DNA of 64,000 nucleotides, from the NCBI RefSeq assembly GCF_006345805.1, contig NC_042997.1, forward strand, positions 23,560,001 to 23,624,000, read 5' to 3'. Below are positions 41,576 to 54,404 of the stretch, in pieces. Source of the DNA: Octopus sinensis. Taxonomy: Eukaryota. Every line of letters begins with the position of its first letter. The first letter of the stretch is position 1. A program made the position numbers and the translations under genes. The notes beneath the pieces were generated by a model. That model searched no databases. It saw nothing but the letters and a program-made list of their open reading frames with translations, and was not told where the DNA came from.

Positions 41576-43265
41576 TAAATGATGCTGTAACATCCATTCT
41601 ATGGTTTGATTTGTATCTTCAAAAATTGTAATTTGCTTAATAAATTCCAAGAGTACATCATAGTCTTTGAATTTTCGCTACAAAATATATATATTGTTTA
41701 CCTGAAGTGAACTACAGTTTTTTTTTTTTTTTTGTGATTTAACATTCAGGTTTTTGTTTTGTTTGTTTTTGTTTTGTTTTTTTTTTTGTTAATTTTTTCA
41801 TATTTGAAAAATTTCATTGAGGATTTTCCTTTTTATATTGTTTACATGCTTGTTCCAGCACATCACATGACTTTATCCATTAAAATGTATGGATCTTGTA
41901 GGTTTGGGCTGCCAGCATTTCAAAAATTAAAGTTTATTGAAAATTTTAAAATTTAGCACATGGATACATTTTTCCAAGCTGAATTGCTGGAGTTATTTCA
42001 CTTTTTCCAGAAGATTGTTTTTAAAAAGTTATAGAGGTTTAAAGTGTGATTATTTTCACCCACTCAAGAAACAGGATTTGGAAGCTATCATTTTGTGCAT
42101 AACTGCACGTGTTGTCAACATTCTGAAAATAGCAAGTGTTTTATATGAAACTAAACAAATCAAATTCTGCTTAATGTACAACATATAACTCTTCATAAAT
42201 TCTTTAAAATTTGGAATTATCAGAAAATTTTTGCAAATTCGTACTCTACATACAGGAATTCATACAATTACAAAAAGAAAAAAGACTTTTTAAAATGGGG
42301 TGGTGCGTGATTTAAGGCCTATTTAGCTGTTATTTTTAGCACTTCACGTGACCAGGGTACAAGCAACAGATGAGTACAAGCAACAGAACACAGTATCAAT
42401 GCATGTGGTATCATGTAGAATATACTTGTCAACACACGTGCTTTCTTACTAACAAAAGAGTTCTCATGTTTGGCTTGTTGTTATGGAAACAGGCATGAAT
42501 ATATCTGTGGCTTATGATTAGCTAAAATTACCCAAAATTTTCAAACTTTAATTGCTACTAACTCTTTATTTATTGATTTATAGTGAAAATGATTTACACA
42601 TCATTTATTAGCCTATAAAAGTGTATCATTACACTGAATATAAAATCAATTCGAATAAAAAATGATGCTAGTAGCCAAACCAACTAGATCCAAAGTTACT
42701 AAATCTTCCATTGTCATTGTAATGTTTTGTCTAATGTTGTCAAAGACAGCTATCACGCAGAAAATGCCAGCATCCAGATCCTGTTTTCTGATTAGGTAAA
42801 AGCAATCAAACTTTAAACCACTGTAATATTTTTCTAAATTTTTTGGTGAGACAAGTGAATGACGTAAGATTCAGCATGAAAAATTACATCAATATACCAA
42901 ATTTGAAAATTTTCTCTTCATTTAAACATTTCAAAAAGTGTGAGCCAAACAGAAAAGATCTAAATCATTAATTTTATCACGTGTATAAATTTTGATAAAT
43001 ACCCGGCATAGGATAAGTTTTATATCTATATGTTATCATCCTGACTCCAGTGTGCTGATATTTTAATAGTAGATTGAGATGTATAAACTGTTAAAGACTC
43101 CAAAGTTTACAAAAGAAAAATTTTATATTATAATTCACGTGACTTTGCAGTAGCTCAAGTTATTTACAATATTAGATCAACAAAACAAGGAAGAATTAAA
43201 GTATATTGGGAAATTATATCACAGATTTGCATGTGGTGGTTTTGATCCTAACCTCATGTAGACAT

Positions 43266-43596
43266 TGTAGTGAACACTGGCAGTCAAGTCAGGAAGCAAA
43301 ACAGAAAAGGGATTTAACAAGAGTAATCTCCCTCGAGCTTCTAGAAAGTTCTTGAACATTCTGGAAGATTCCAGTTTACATGGGGACTTCTGGTTCATCC
43401 CTTATAATAAAGGAAGGAATCTCGAACATTCTGGAAGCTTCTAGTTTATATAAGGGATGAACTGGAAGTCCCCGACTTCCACGTAAACCGGAAGCTTCCA
43501 GAATGTTCAAGAACTTCCTAGAAGCTCGAAGGAGATTACTTTCGTTAAATCCCTTTTCCATTTTGCTTCCTGTCTTGACCACCAGGGTTCACTACA
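43266..43596. mobile_element. 331-bp fold-back MITE, TGT..ACA termini, 4-bp TSD ACAT (Ginger-like)
   Basis: Near-palindromic along its whole length; ACAT at 43262-43265 and 43597-43600. Confidence 0.85.
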
Positions 43597-43686
43597 ACAT
43601 TAAATAGAAAAGTTGATGACATTACCATGAGGAGTATGATAAAACATACTCAAGAGAAAGAGAGATAGAGATACAGATGAAGAGGC

Positions 43687-43720
<34 letters not shown>

Positions 43721-44110
43721 GAAGAGGGAGAGAGAGAAAGAGAGAGAGAATGACAGCAAGTTAAATAGAAAAAAAAACACAAAAGAGACAGGCAGAGTGT
43801 GTCTGTGAGAGAGAGAGAGAGAGAGTGAGAGGGTGACAATGAGCAAGAAAAAGTGACACTTATATGCAAATGCAACAAAGAGGTTGTTTGAATAACATGG
43901 TGATTAATAAGCGGTTTCTTTGATGATGAAGTGTTCATCAAAGTTAGTAACATCAAAATTCAGATGACAAAGAAATACACATGTTGCTACCTTGACAAGA
44001 TTTTCATTTTTCTTGTTTTATAGTTCTTTTTCCCCCTTTAACTTCTTCTGAAGTGAAAAAACAGCTAAAAGTACATCATACGTTAGTTTAAGTGTATATG
44101 TGACTACGTA

Positions 44111-44622
44111 ATGGCCTGGTCAGCCTGTAATGACATGCATAAGATCTGGTCATCAAATCTAAGTAGAGACTTCAAACTTGAAATCTTCAAAGCCACAGTC
44201 GAACCAATTCTACTATATGGCTCAGAAACCTGGACGTTATCAAAGAAGCTTGAGAGGCGGTTGGATGGAACCTACACTCGCCTCCTTATGAGAGCTCAAA
44301 ATCTCTCGTGGAAGCGCCATCCAACCAAAATGCAAATATATGGGAAACTACCACCTGTGTCATCTCTTGTGAAAAGTAGGAGAGTCCAGTTTGCTGGACA
44401 TTGTTGTAGAGCTGAAGAAGAGGTAATTTCTACTCTTCTCCTCTGGAAGCCATCTACTCGCAATACCAGAGGGCGCACACTCTCCTACCCTGATGTAATC
44501 TCCAGGGATACAGGCATCCAGCAGCAGGACCTCCATAATGCCATGATGGACCGTGAAGTCTGGCATAGCACGATAAATTCCATTGTCTCGATCACGGTCG
44601 AACAATGATGATGATGATGATG
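44111..44622 (+). mobile_element. RTE-like LINE 3' end (different family)
   Basis: VEPILLYGSETW and R.QFAGHC motifs; (GAT)n tail directly after the stop. Confidence 0.85.
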
Positions 44623-45806
44623 AATATATCTATTGATGATCAATTTAATGTTGTTGTTCATACAAACTTAGAATGAAAATCATTCTTGAGTCACTAGAAA
44701 GAGTAGCCAAGTCCCAATTGATTCCTACTTACCGTTTTGGAAAAGAATACTTTGGATTATGTAGTTTGGAACTCTTGCTATGGTAAAGAGATGTGATGGT
44801 CGTCTCTAGGCTGCATCTCTGTCTCACTATTTTACACCTTTTTGCTATCTCATTGGATGTGTGTGTATGTGTGTGTGTGTGTGTGTGTGTGGTACTATGT
44901 CTGTAATTCAGTTAGGTAGTTAGTGACAACTTTTGAGTAGTAGGTAGAGAACTCACCATTGTTACTAGGGCATGTCGATTTGCTTTACATGAGACCCAAG
45001 CTCAGCTAGCTTCGACAGACACTACATAGAATGGGCCCATTTGTATTTAGGATTGTGAACCAATGCATGTTTTTATTGACAAAATGAATCTCCCAAGATA
45101 CAATAGCTGTTTCAACATATGATTTCACATCAAGAAGCTTGCAAACCAAATACAAATGAGAATACATTCATGCATGCATGCACACACACACATACATGCA
45201 CACATGAATGATGGCTGTCCACTCATGATCAAAGAAGACGATCACTGATCTCTATGAACATTATACACTCGGACAAAATTTCACTTTATGAGTGTGAGTG
45301 TGAGTCTATAGTGTCACAATCATACCATCTAATTACATTCTAAGACACTACATAAACATGACAACCAATAAATTTAAGGGAAGATACATGAACATATGCA
45401 CTCCTTCTGGTGTAGAGACAGAAAAATCTCCAAATCCCTGTTCTGCTTCAACTGAAGACAATGGTACCATCAACATGACTTATTCTACAATGCATAAAGC
45501 ATCCTTACATGATTCCTCCTTACTCTGGAGCAATGTCCCTAAGAATCTGCACATATTCCTCCAATCTGCACTATCCAATTATAGGAAAACTAAGCTTTCT
45601 TATTGTTGCCACAAAAGGCACATCCTGTTAATGATTTTCAAACCATTGGATATTGATATGCAACCCTAGGCAAATTCATGTGTAATCTGACACCACGATG
45701 CCAGTTAACTCCTCCCATGGCAACTGCTGTCACTGAAAAAAACCCACATCCTGCAAAATGCTGGCCAAGTGACACCAAGATTTTGCCTGCTTTACCACAT
45801 GTAGCA

Positions 45807-46179
45807 TCTCTCTCTATATAAACGGCAGTTTGTCTGTGCGTGTTTCTGTGTGTCTGTTTGCTTGTACCCTCACCCTGACCACGGCTTTCAACCATTTCTG
45901 ATGAAATTTGACACACACATAGCCCAATGTCATAATTCAAAACTAACGCAGCGAAAATTTTGAAAAGTTCCCCCAGTTCTGAAAAAAATCGATAAATTCG
46001 ACATGGGGTCGAGAATCAGAAACACAAACCGCAAACTGTCTAGGGGACGCAACTCCACCTTTTTTAACTAAAAAAAAAATTTACCATCATTTTTTTCCAT
46101 TTTTTTGGCTATAACTCTCTAAAAATGCTTTATAGTTATTTCCCTTACAAACCTGAGCAACGCCGGGCGATACTGCTAG
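45807..46179 (+). mobile_element. Non-autonomous Helitron
   Basis: a|TCTCTC start; 3' ...gagcaacgccgggcgatactgCTAG|t. Confidence 0.85.
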
Positions 46180-47609
46180 TCTAATATAAAAAGCAGTTGT
46201 TGCTGAAATATCACACCCAGCAGAATGTCATCTGTGTGATACCACTATCATGTTTGCTTCCTATAAATGAACTGATGTTGGTATGAGAGCAAAAACAACA
46301 AGATCACTCAAACTGACCATTGGAGGCTTAAATATCTCAGCCCTGAAGCTATTTCAAAATTATTTAAAATTCTCTTCACTCTCTTCTTGAATATCTGATG
46401 ATGTGAAAATGTTCTTCATTCCTAAAATTTTAAGTAATGTGGAGTTCTATCAAAGACAGTGACAGCAGTTGCCATGTGAGGAGTTAACTGGCATCATGGT
46501 GTCCGGTTATACATGAATTTTCCTAGGGTTGCATATCAGTAGCCAATGGTTTGAAAATCATTAACAGGGTGTGTCTTTTGTGGCAACAATAAGAGTTCTG
46601 TTAAAGAAATATAACTCGAACTGAATATATTGGGTGATACCTTCTTATGTTTGTTCACCCATTTCCAGATATCTACACACACATGTATGTGTGTGTATAT
46701 ATATCATGCATACACATACATATTTCCTTTCGCAGACTCTCGGCTTACATCTTTTATTTGCTCTTCTCCTCTCTAAAGCATTCCATTCCATTTTGCCGTA
46801 ATTTTCCTTAGATCAACTTCTACCAGTAATTTATGACTGCTTTAACTTATATGGCATCCATTAACTATTTCCACATTACTTGATGTAGAAACAAAAGCCT
46901 TTCTTTTTTCCCTACGATAATATTTGTGCCATTTAATCTTTCCTGTCAACAGAAAGCATTTTTGAGTAAAGTTGAAAACATATTCTCAAATCATATTTTC
47001 TATAAATTCATTTTAGTTCTTAAGATGTATGTTATGTTACTGTATCTACAAGGTCCAATAAAAAAAACATTAGGACTAGTGCTATAAAAAGAAAACTACA
47101 ATACATATCAATTTGGTATTTAATTTCTTTGGAAATAGTGCCATTATGTAGACATATACTTTATCAAATGTCATTTCAATTGGTGAAAGAATTTTTGAGT
47201 GAGTAGCTGTCTCATACAATTAAAGAGATCCTGTTCAGCTGAAACCTGATCTTTTTGAGATGACCAGACACTAAGAATGAATATTCCAATAATGAGACCA
47301 GTACTTAACTGCTAATCTGTTTCATAGACTTTGTAAAGGTGAAAGATATTGTTGAACCTGTGTGTATCATATTTAATGTAAATACATAAAAAAAGTAAAT
47401 TTACTGCAGTATTTATCTAAAGATAATATTTCATATGGACAAGCTGCATTTAAAAATACAATATATATTAAAGACAGATGAAAATTGTTCTAGCAGCAGC
47501 TGGTGAGTATGCTAGATGCATTTCTCTCTTGTTGAGCATTGTCAATGGCACCTACTCAAAGCCACAAATTTCATAAGGTTGGCTCTGATTACATGCTATT
47601 GATAGTATC

Positions 47610-47826
47610 TGTTACACATTCATATCTATGTGTTTGCGTATGCCAAACTACATCCCCACTCTTGGCACTATTTTGTTAGTGAACAGTACAACTGTGTGTA
47701 AAGTATATAATGTATCACTATGCTGAATGTCGGGTCCGTGTATCATGACAAGTCAATAAACACGTAACAATAACAATGGTTTTCATTTGGTTGTCTATCC
47801 CATTAGAACCCAAACTACACATAACA
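47610..47826. mobile_element. 217-bp TGT..ACA element (solo-LTR-like or MITE) with 5-bp TSD GTATC
   Basis: TGTTA...TAACA termini, GTATC on both sides (47605-47609, 47827-47831). It is absent from the duplicate, which has a single GATAC at ~58232. Confidence 0.75.
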
Positions 47827-48810
47827 GTATCCAACAAGACATGAATACATCTAGCATTCTCATCAACCACTGTTAGGATGATTTTTTTTTCTGCCTCTGA
47901 TAAATACTGCATATTGAAACACAGCATATCCAGATGAGGTATTATCTCTGGATGAACACTGCAGGAAATTTGCCTTTTGCAATGTATTTATATTACATAT
48001 AATACATAGATTGATATATATATATATATATATGTTTGTTTATATCTTGCTTAATTTTTGCAAATTTTTTTTTATATGGAAATGTTAGTTTGTAAATATT
48101 AAATAAAGCCCCATCACTAGAATTTCAGTAAGACAACAAAAATTTAAAGGTATATAAAGATTTCTTCATCGATTCTTGTTCTCCTTATAGGCAGAACTTT
48201 CAGAGTACACATTAGATAACTCTTTACTCCTTGAGAATGCCAATTCTATTAGATTATTACTTAGACATTTAGTAGCATAACTACACACATGCACATGTTG
48301 TATGTATTTATGTAAATGTAGAAGGTATAGTGCTTGTTAACTTTTCAAAAGACTTGTAATACTACAGTTACTAAATCAATGTAATTCTTTAATCAAAATC
48401 CAAGATTAAGTTACCAGAGGTTAACAACAGGGCTCAAGAACTTTCAATGTCTACATTTAAAGCAAAGCTGATAAAAGACAGATGCAATTAACACACGTAA
48501 TGGTTAAATATTTACTGAAATACTTTATTAATATAAACTGTAATGAAACATACAAGCAAGCATTGATTTCACTTTATTGAACCAGTAAATATTTACAGGC
48601 AACAATATATTATTAAAATAAAATTGCTAAGAAAAGATATTTGAAAGGGTGTAATATTTTTTTTTTGTAAATGTATGACAAATACAAGTTGATAATATTG
48701 ATTTAGATTAATGCTGGTTGATAATCTTTCATTGGATAGATATGACCATAATCCTGCACAATTACAACAACTATAATGACTTAAGTTACTCTACTAAAAA
48801 ATATTCTAAA

Positions 48811-49517
48811 CTAGCAGTATCGCCCGGCGTTGCTCGGGTTCGTTTTCACCCTTTAGAATTGGAATCTTTGAAAAGTAAAAATTTTGCATTATGTAGCTTG
48901 TTATACTCTTTAAGTGAACATTTTTCTGGTTGAAATACACCGAAAAATGCCGACACAACAGTAAAAATATAAAAAATAGGGATTTTCATAGTAAAAAAGC
49001 CCCTTATTGATGTAAATAATCTTTGGTGTTAACATGGTCTGATTTGAATTTTCTCTTCTATGGCAGGAAGTGCAAGTCTTCTATCATACTCTCAATTTTG
49101 GTCAACTTGCACCGCAGGGTTTCGGAGGAGAAGAGCAAATAAAAGATGTAAGCCGAGAGTCTGCGAAAGGAAATATGTATGTGTATGCATGATATATATA
49201 CACACACATACATGTGTGTGTGTGTAGATATCTGGAAATGGGTGAACAAACATAAGAAGGTATCACCCAATATATTCAGTTCGAGTTATATTTCTTTAAC
49301 AGAACTCTTATTGTTGCCACAAAAGGCACACCCTGTTAATGATTTTCAAACCATTGGCTACTAATATGCAACCCTAGGCAACCTTACACCACGATGCCAG
49401 TTAACTCCTCACATGGCAACTGCTGTCACTGTCTTTGATAGAACTCCACATTACTTATAAGTTGAAGGCTACCAAACCTGCCATACACAGACAACTTCAG
49501 CTTTATATATAGAGAGA
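48811..49517 (-). mobile_element. Non-autonomous Helitron carrying an internal copy of 46433-46770
   Basis: 5' TC, 3' hairpin (cccgagcaacgccggg) plus CTAG, inserted between A and T with no TSD. The exact empty site gcaaattta|tttagaat is present in the duplicate at ~57249-57266. Confidence 0.9.
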
Positions 49518-49597
49518 TAAATTTGCTCACTTACATTATCTATATAATGCAATGTAATATTCCATATGAGGAAAATCTTTGACAGGGCAATATCATC

Positions 49598-50752
49598 TTA
49601 TATTGTAGGGTTTATTACTTTACCAATGAAATGAATCATTTCAGTTTCGTTGTGAACAATTAGAAATATGAATGGGTGATTTACATCAAATTGCATATCA
49701 ACAGTTTTTACGCCGTCAATCACAAACATTCCGAATGCAGCCGCAGCTTCTGTTCCTTTTTCATCAACATTAACAAATGCTTTGTGAAACATTTCACTGG
49801 CATAAATATTGTTTTCACTATCAGTCATTCCAGATAAATCAGCTTTTCGAGGATCAAAAATATCAGAGAGTCCAAGCTTTTTCAAAACATCACCCAAATT
49901 AAAACTACATTGTAAACGAAATTTTGGCATACTTAATTCTAAATACCTCTCTTGGAATTTTTTTCTGTTAACAATTTCTTTGAGAAATTGAGCATTAATC
50001 TCCTTCTCTAAAACAGCAAGACCATTGATTTCATTGGGAAGAATTACAAACATACTAAAAGATTTTTCTATATAAGGTAACTCAACAACTTTATAGTTCT
50101 TGCTTACTTTTGTATTAAAATATTCAGATATATACATAAAATCATGAGATACAGTCTTGTATGGACTTAAATAAAACTGTTTAGAGTATGTTGCTTTTTT
50201 GGGGAATTTTTCAGCCCATATTCCTTTAAAGTACACAGCATTAATAAGAAGTAGTACTGTATGAGGTGTCAAACTTCCACTTGGTAACAAATCAGTAATT
50301 TTATCATTTGTTTTATTCTCAACCCAATCATTAATAATAATTCTTGTTTTTTCTGCATTTTTTATAAAATCTACATTTTTAATATCTGAAAAGAAATATT
50401 TTACAATATTGATCTTGTATTTGTCTGAAATGTGGTATTTTTCATTAGCATATAAACAATTCACTGAATTGAATGTGATAAGTTTATCCAAGTTTTTCAA
50501 AAGTGAAAAATATTCTTTGAAAGCCAAAGCTACAGAATCTGGAGTTGAAGTTATCTTCAAAACATTTTCCAACTGTGTGGCAGAGTTTTGTCTTGCTCCA
50601 AAATAAACCATCGATAAAACAGTAGCAACACTGAATGGTGACATGAAAACATTTTCATTGGTTCCTGCAGCCACAGCTTGATAAAGATTGTTTGTAAAAT
50701 AATCTACTGAAGCAGCCAGGTCATTGATGTCTTGTCCCTTTTCTGAGTCCAT
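49598..50752 (-). CDS. Intracellular (ov-serpin-like) serine/cysteine protease inhibitor, 384 aa, single coding exon
   Basis: The ORF has NVFMSPFSV, INAVYFKGIW, DEKGTEAAAA hinge, NHPFIFLI and FIGKVINP. The likely start is MDSEK (ATG 50752), downstream of an acceptor ttcttcAG at 50770-50771; no signal peptide. The ORF-finder start at 50824 is probably intronic. Confidence 0.95.
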   Translation of the reverse strand: MDSEKGQDINDLAASVDYFTNNLYQAVAAGTNENVFMSPFSVATVLSMVYFGARQNSATQLENVLKITSTPDSVALAFKEYFSLLKNLDKLITFNSVNCLYANEKYHISDKYKINIVKYFFSDIKNVDFIKNAEKTRIIINDWVENKTNDKITDLLPSGSLTPHTVLLLINAVYFKGIWAEKFPKKATYSKQFYLSPYKTVSHDFMYISEYFNTKVSKNYKVVELPYIEKSFSMFVILPNEINGLAVLEKEINAQFLKEIVNRKKFQERYLELSMPKFRLQCSFNLGDVLKKLGLSDIFDPRKADLSGMTDSENNIYASEMFHKAFVNVDEKGTEAAAAFGMFVIDGVKTVDMQFDVNHPFIFLIVHNETEMIHFIGKVINPTI

Positions 50753-50963
50753 ATTATATATAGTAGTGTCTGAAGAATATAGATTACGAAAATAAAATAT
50801 ACAAAATAACTTTTTTGCAAACATTTCAAAATATTGTAGTATACATAAATATAAATGAAGACATCTATGAGAGCAAAGTCTGAAATATCTTATGTTGCAA
50901 CTTTAATTCCAAATATCATCAGTACCACATTCATCGGAATCTAAATTTTGCTGAACTCATATA

Positions 50964-51001
<38 letters not shown>

Positions 51002-54000
51002 TTTAAGACAGTTTAAAGTTATAAGGTAAAAATTGGACAAACAGGTTTAAACCATCAAATGTTCACAAAAATTTCAATGAGTTTCACAAGGGTAGATAGT
51101 AATATCACTGTAAATGTTTAGTTAAGATCATAACAAATGTACATTATAGAAAGTTCAGTCATAGAGGTTTTTTTTTTAAAAAAAAAGAGAAGAAAGAGGA
51201 AAAGTTGGAGAGAAAAAGAAATAAATTTTTTTTACTATTTCTGTTGTGGTGTGTGTTGTTCTTTTTTCTATTCAGTCTCAGTGGTTTCTTCACCTTCACA
51301 GCGTTTTGGAGTTGGAACAGTTTTGGGTTCAAATCTTTTAGTATATGTATATTTTTATAGAAAAGGATCCGATTTTTGATGACTTTATAACAGTGATGTT
51401 TTTAGCTTGTGGTCACCACTTATAATGAACAGAGATGTTTTTAGCTTGTGGTCACCACTTATAAAGCTCATCAAGCCACTTCTTACGATATCCGTGTCTG
51501 TATGAAACCGGGCTTGGCTGTTAGTATATATATATATATTTATACCATTGAGCAAGTAAATATATATTTATATATGCTTGTGTGTGTGTTTGTGTGTGTG
51601 TGTGTGTATGTGTGTACATACATGTTCAAACCCCTCTTCTGATTCAGCTAGCTCTCCATATTTAAACATTCCAAATTGAACCATTTATGTCATGGTGTTA
51701 TAAATAATTCTTGTCATTAATGACCAGAATTTTCCCTCTTTACTCAGTGACAATTCTAAATTCAATCCCACTATTTTCAGGCATTTTACTAGCTGACTCT
51801 ACTTTATACTTCTATATATAATCATTATTTTTTCCCTTATTATTCAACTGCTATACTTCAGTTCTTTTTTTACCCTTTCACTTGTGAACATTTATTAAAT
51901 TGTCGTTTGGTGAGACGGAGTAGGAGCTTACAGAGACCAGATGAGAAAACCTTGTCTGTATTTTTTAACCGATGTGTCAAGTAGCTATCTTTTCAGTTAG
52001 ACAAGAAATCCTGTAAATTCTGCTTTACAGCTAATATCAGCTAGACTCAAAACCAGATCTAGTTAAATTGATTCACACAATCAGCCCCCTTGAATTTTTC
52101 TCAGATTGCTTTCAATTTTGATGTTTCAATGCAACTGTGAATTTTGATTACGATCAACCAATTACTTTATCATGTAAATTAAAGAATCTGATGCTATTTG
52201 GAATTAAAGTTGCAAAATGTGGGTAACTTTAGCCAGTCAACAGACAGCGAGGCATTAACAGGTTGTTACTATGACAATCGCACGTTGTGTGGTGTTTTGC
52301 TTCACCCAAATGTTGCTTTGATTCTTCACACCACGAGATTCTCTTCACCTGCATTTTGTTTCCATAAAAATTTATACTTATCAGTGGCTGTGTGGTAAGT
52401 AGCTTGGGTTCAGTCCCACTGCATAGCACCTTGGGCAAGTGTCTTCTACTATAGCCTCAGGTCGACCAAAGCCTTGTGAGTGGATTTGGTAGATGGAAAC
52501 TGAAAGAAGCCCGTCGTATATATGTATATATATATATGTGTGTGTGTGTATGTTTGTGTATCTGTGTTTGTCCTCCCCAACATCGCTTGACAACTGATGC
52601 CGCTGTGCTTACGTCACCATAACTTAGCAGTTCGGCAAAAGCGACCGATAGAATAAGTAGTAGGCTTACAAAGAATAAGTCCTGGGGTCGATACGCTCGA
52701 CTAAAGGCGGTGCTCCAGCATGGCCACAGTCAAATGACTGAAACAAGTAAAATAGTAGTAGTAAATAGTTATCAATTAGAATTTTATTGTAGATATTTTA
52801 CATATATTTCATGAAGTTTTTCTGTTTTTACTGTTGATTCAAATAGCTGCATCCACATTCAAGCCATTTAATTGTACCACTCAGTTTAAACAACAGGTGA
52901 GGCCAGAATGAGCCATTCTGTATTTTTATTGAAGATGTAGGACAACACAATTTAATGTGTCTTTCATTTTTAAAATGTTAGAGCACAGTGTGAGGGAGAT
53001 TTGGCTGTTATTTGTAGCAAATTGAACAACCACACAGATTACCTCATTGGCTCTTTTGCTGATGCGTATAAGTAAACAAAAATTAAAGGAAATGGATCTT
53101 CATCTGCTTCTGATGACCATTCCAGTTGTATGATCAACTCAACTGGTTACGCATTCAACTGATACTTATTTTATCAACCCTCAAAGGATGCAAGGCAAAA
53201 TGAACCTAGGTGGAATTTGAACTCAGAATGTAAAGCATTTTGCCCAGTGTGGTATTGATTCTGTCAGCTTGTAGTCTTATAGTTACACATTATATTAACA
53301 TATAACTAGCTGAGTATACCACAACACACATGTACCCACAAAGTAATCCATAAGTAGAATCAGTACAACCCAGTGTGACATGGTTAGGCCTTTTAATTAC
53401 AAGTCCAGGATCTAATTATAGTGTGATTTGGATGAGTATTCCATAGATGTGGCCTTAATGTAATTCTGGGACAGAATCAGCGTGATACACGATGGACATA
53501 GCCAGAGTTTCAACTGAATGCTTCTCAACTATTAAGAAAAATACGCCATTCGCTGAATAAATTGTGGAAAATCACAACAAATTTAAACTAAATATCACAC
53601 GAATAATTCTGTTGACAGGGAGCTGTGGGTCGCTGTTGGTCACAGGTTTCTTCATCCCCCATTACTGGTTACATATTTGGTGTGAGACTAGATTAGCTCG
53701 GTCATTTCACAGATACTAAACTATAAATTTCCCAACCTTAAAGTTGACACCGCTACAATGCAGAAAATTTCTGTCTCACTATTGGCTAAAAATACACAGT
53801 TTTTTCGATTTTTAAACCTCTGCAACTTTTCCCTCAAATTTTTTCTCCACAACATCATGGCTTCACAGCAATAAGAGTGGAAAACTACATCAATATAACA
53901 GATTTTTTATTTCCTTTTAAAAAATGCACATTCTGTGAATTGATTTAACTAGATCCCTCGAAACCTTGTTGTTATTATTATTTCTGTCAGAATAGTAGAA

Positions 54001-54038
54001 CTCCTTTTAATAATAACAACAACAACAACAACAACAAC

Positions 54039-54070
<32 letters not shown>

Positions 54071-54404
54071 CAACAATAACAATAATAATGTATGGTGACC
54101 ATGCAGAGTAAAGTATTAGAACTGTTTAATTGTTGGTAGTAATTTATGTACTGGTATGTGTCATTATAGAAATTACTCATCCACTTGTAGTAACAATGAA
54201 GTAGGAGAGTACCTCATCGTATAGAATGTATAGATCGGATTGAATTTCTAGGAATAAAGTACATATTACACCATTGACAATGTGCTTTGTTCATCAACAA
54301 ATATGGAAACCAAGTATATAAGAAGCGAGTCAGGAAGCCAATGTTTTGACAGAGTTCGTTAACGAAACATACACAAAATGTGTATGTGTGTCGAACTGGG
54401 TAGT

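Noticed and set aside
50753-50824. 24-aa N-terminal extension of the serpin in the ORF track (MFAKKLFCIFYF...), which looks like a signal peptide
   Set aside because: It overlaps a polypyrimidine tract and AG acceptor at 50770-50771, so it is most likely intron plus 5' UTR.
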